Source: a virus (taxonomy: Duplodnaviria > Caudoviricetes). From it: a stretch of DNA of 64,000 nt. The stretch lies in IMG/VR virus record IMGVR_UViG_3300021255_002536, positions 1 through 64,000 of that record; one strand, given 5' to 3'. The notes beneath the pieces are model-generated. The model was not told where the DNA came from and searched no databases. It saw only the letters and a program-made list of their open reading frames with translations. A program made the position numbers and the translations under genes. Of the stretch, positions 61,927 to 64,000 are shown piece by piece (position 1 is the first letter of the stretch; each line of letters opens with the position of its first letter).

Positions 61927-64000
61927 TTAGAAGGGAAGATCTTCCTCTTGTGGCTGCTGTGTGGCAGCGGTCTCTACGGTTCCCGTCGCTTGGGGTGCGG
62001 GGTTGGTGGCGGTGCGCTTACGCTGCTTGGCATCGAGGTATGAACGCCAGCGGTTCTGTTCCTCTTCGGTCAGTCTCACCTCATTACCATTGTCATCACA
62101 GATAGGTGCGGGGTCAGGGGCATTCAGAAACGAGGTATATACCTTCATCAGTTCGTCATTGTTGGCGGGGATGCTGTCTTTGCCCTGACGGTAGAAATAC
62201 ACGGCATGCTCGGTACGCACGAGTTCACGGATCTGCTTCGGTGCGATGGTCGCATCATCCTCCCACTCACGGCCCTCGAAGTAACGGCGCGTACACCATG
62301 CCTGGTGCGCGAAGTAGTTGGTCTGCTCGGCCTTCTTCAGCACCTTACCATCAGCACGCCTGAAGAGTTGTGGCGGGTTCATCACAATACCGGCTGTCTC
62401 GCAGTAGTCCAGAATACGACGCTTGAAGGCTTTGGGCGAGAACGAGTCGGTCTTGTTTTTCGAGGCTTCGGCGAAGTCGCTCTTGTATTCCTCCAACATC
62501 GAGTCGAGATCCACGGGGACACCATAGACATGCTCCTGGGCAAAGAACACACGGGCGAAACGCAGGAAGGCTTCGCCCAACGACTGCGTGAGGGTACGCT
62601 GCTCCATGTATTTCTTCTGGGCATCGACCTTCTCATCATAGCGCATCACAAACTGCACGGCGAGCGCACAGATCATCGCTATCTGATTGCGCGAGGTGGC
62701 CGACAGCTTATCAGGCGACACAGCATTGAAGTCGGGCATGATATCCGAGATATAGCGGGCTGCCTTATTCTTCATAATATTCTGACCACAGAAGCGGTGC
62801 GAAAAACCTCCCATGCAGACACGACGCATGGTAGAGTCGTCGAGGTCATGCAGCGGATAGTTCGATGTGACCACATGCCCAGGGCCTTCGCTCAATGGGA
62901 TGGTGATACGATCCTTATACATATAACGCACGCTGAAATCACCAGTGGTCAGGTTGTAGAGCTTACCGAAATCGAGCGAGGCATCCACATCCTCCCAATG
63001 CACCACGCGGTGCTTATGGTGCTGGTACTCGGCGAGGTTGGCCGAAAACTCTTTATTGCTTATCAGGTCGCGTCCGTTGATGTTCAGGATATGGGCCGCA
63101 CAACCGGCAAAGATACGCACGAAGGTACTCTTTCCTGAGCCACCTTCTGCACGGTTGGCTGCTGATACCACATTCTCGATAAGATAACTGATGCAGTTCG
63201 ATTTAGAGTCACGATAGCGCCAGAGCATACGACCCAGACAGAAGATAAGATTGGCAAAGCGACAGTCGAGTTCCATCTGTTCCTCGCTGCTGAATTGCTT
63301 ACCATCGTGAAGCAGCTGCTGTTCCTGTTCCCATTCCTCATTGGCAAAGCCACGGATGACGCGCAGGGTGGGCCACATTTCATCTTCGTGCTTACCCTTC
63401 CAGTCCACAATCCACCGGTGACTCTGCGCCCACAATGCCAGTTCGTTCTTTTCCTGCTCCAACTGCACCAGCGTATAGAGCGGTTTGCCCAAGTCATCCT
63501 TTTCATTCTGCTTACGGGCAATGGCGCTCAAACGCTCCTGGTACTCCGGATTCTCTGAGATAGAGAACGGCAATTCCTTCAATGGCTGGATGTTCCAATG
63601 CAACTTCTCGGCACGCTCCACATTGAAGTCTATCTGGTCGTAAGGCAACAGGGTTATCTCATTGTCGGTAATCCTGAGTGCGCCATTCTCATAGAAGAAA
63701 TGCTCAATGTGTCGGCCATAGCCTTCGTTATAGTTCAGCTTCACGCTGGGCAGCGAGGCAATGGTCTTTTCGTTGATCTCCTTATTGGCTCTCAACACGG
63801 CCTGCACCATCAACTCGTATTCGTCGGGCATACCAGGACGGCTATCGTTCAACTGACGGGCATACGCCTTCAACTGTTCGATGGTGGCCTGCACCATAGA
63901 GGATGGTTCCAGTTCGTCGGCAAACGGGCCGTCAATATGAACAAAGCGGCCTATCTTATCCGCTTCGTCTGGGCGCACGTCACGGGCATAGCCAGCCGAT
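61927..64000 (-). CDS. Primase-helicase C-terminal P-loop domain (5' end beyond the window)
   Basis: Walker A GGSGKST, VHWED, and VTSNY...DDST.RR (SF3-like); frame open to the window edge. Confidence 0.8.
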   Translation of the reverse strand, partial: SAGYARDVRPDEADKIGRFVHIDGPFADELEPSSMVQATIEQLKAYARQLNDSRPGMPDEYELMVQAVLRANKEINEKTIASLPSVKLNYNEGYGRHIEHFFYENGALRITDNEITLLPYDQIDFNVERAEKLHWNIQPLKELPFSISENPEYQERLSAIARKQNEKDDLGKPLYTLVQLEQEKNELALWAQSHRWIVDWKGKHEDEMWPTLRVIRGFANEEWEQEQQLLHDGKQFSSEEQMELDCRFANLIFCLGRMLWRYRDSKSNCISYLIENVVSAANRAEGGSGKSTFVRIFAGCAAHILNINGRDLISNKEFSANLAEYQHHKHRVVHWEDVDASLDFGKLYNLTTGDFSVRYMYKDRITIPLSEGPGHVVTSNYPLHDLDDSTMRRVCMGGFSHRFCGQNIMKNKAARYISDIMPDFNAVSPDKLSATSRNQIAMICALAVQFVMRYDEKVDAQKKYMEQRTLTQSLGEAFLRFARVFFAQEHVYGVPVDLDSMLEEYKSDFAEASKNKTDSFSPKAFKRRILDYCETAGIVMNPPQLFRRADGKVLKKAEQTNYFAHQAWCTRRYFEGREWEDDATIAPKQIRELVRTEHAVYFYRQGKDSIPANNDELMKVYTSFLNAPDPAPICDDNGNEVRLTEEEQNRWRSYLDAKQRKRTATNPAPQATGTVETAATQQPQEEDLPF

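Larger units (their letters stand above)
1..64000. mobile_element. Bacteroidales (Prevotella-like) tailed phage/prophage genome segment
   Basis: Terminase, portal, capsid, protease, tape measure, holin, endolysin and replication genes; Bacteroidetes -7 boxes (TAnnTTTG); no host housekeeping block, integrase or att site seen. Confidence 0.95.

Noticed and set aside
1-64000. Stop-codon reassignment (TAG recoding seen in some Prevotella phages)
   Set aside because: Long genes are intact in the standard code, and TAG ends genes at sensible boundaries (e.g. 3002, 3642, 7767, 43393).
1-64000. Integrase, att sites, spanins, tail-chaperone frameshift
   Set aside because: None recognisable in this window.

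Overview
The whole window is part of a long-tailed dsDNA phage or prophage of a Bacteroidales (Prevotella-like) host, judged from TAnnTTTG promoters and the gene families present. It uses the standard genetic code, and almost all genes are on the minus strand. Morphogenesis genes (portal, terminase, S49 protease/scaffold, capsid, tail tube, tail fibres, tape measure, holin, amidase) are scattered in separate transcription units. There is also a nucleotide-metabolism/anti-defence block (dUTPase, ThyX-like, radical SAM, adenine MTase, DUF2829/Tad2-like) and a replication block (VirE-N/PriCT-2, beta clamp, SSB-like, helicase cut by the window edge). No integrase is visible. Main findings: (1) A complete diversity-generating retroelement with a MutS-like accessory gene in place of Avd; all 18 TR/VR mismatches are at TR adenines, and the TR leader has an unexplained 12-nt perfect complement to the sequence just 3' of VR. 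(2) A chain of circularly permuted tRNA-like units at about 43.1-43.3 kb, in which each 3' acceptor strand pairs 7/7 with the 5' acceptor strand that follows it. (3) An acyl carrier protein plus an intact Cys-His-His ketosynthase directly behind the tape measure gene. (4) A phage-specific promoter, GTCAC-N21-TAnnTTTG, found 8 times with invariant spacing, mostly in front of structural modules. (5) A 42-codon internally deleted C5-methyltransferase remnant. All protein calls come from motif recognition by eye; no searches were run.
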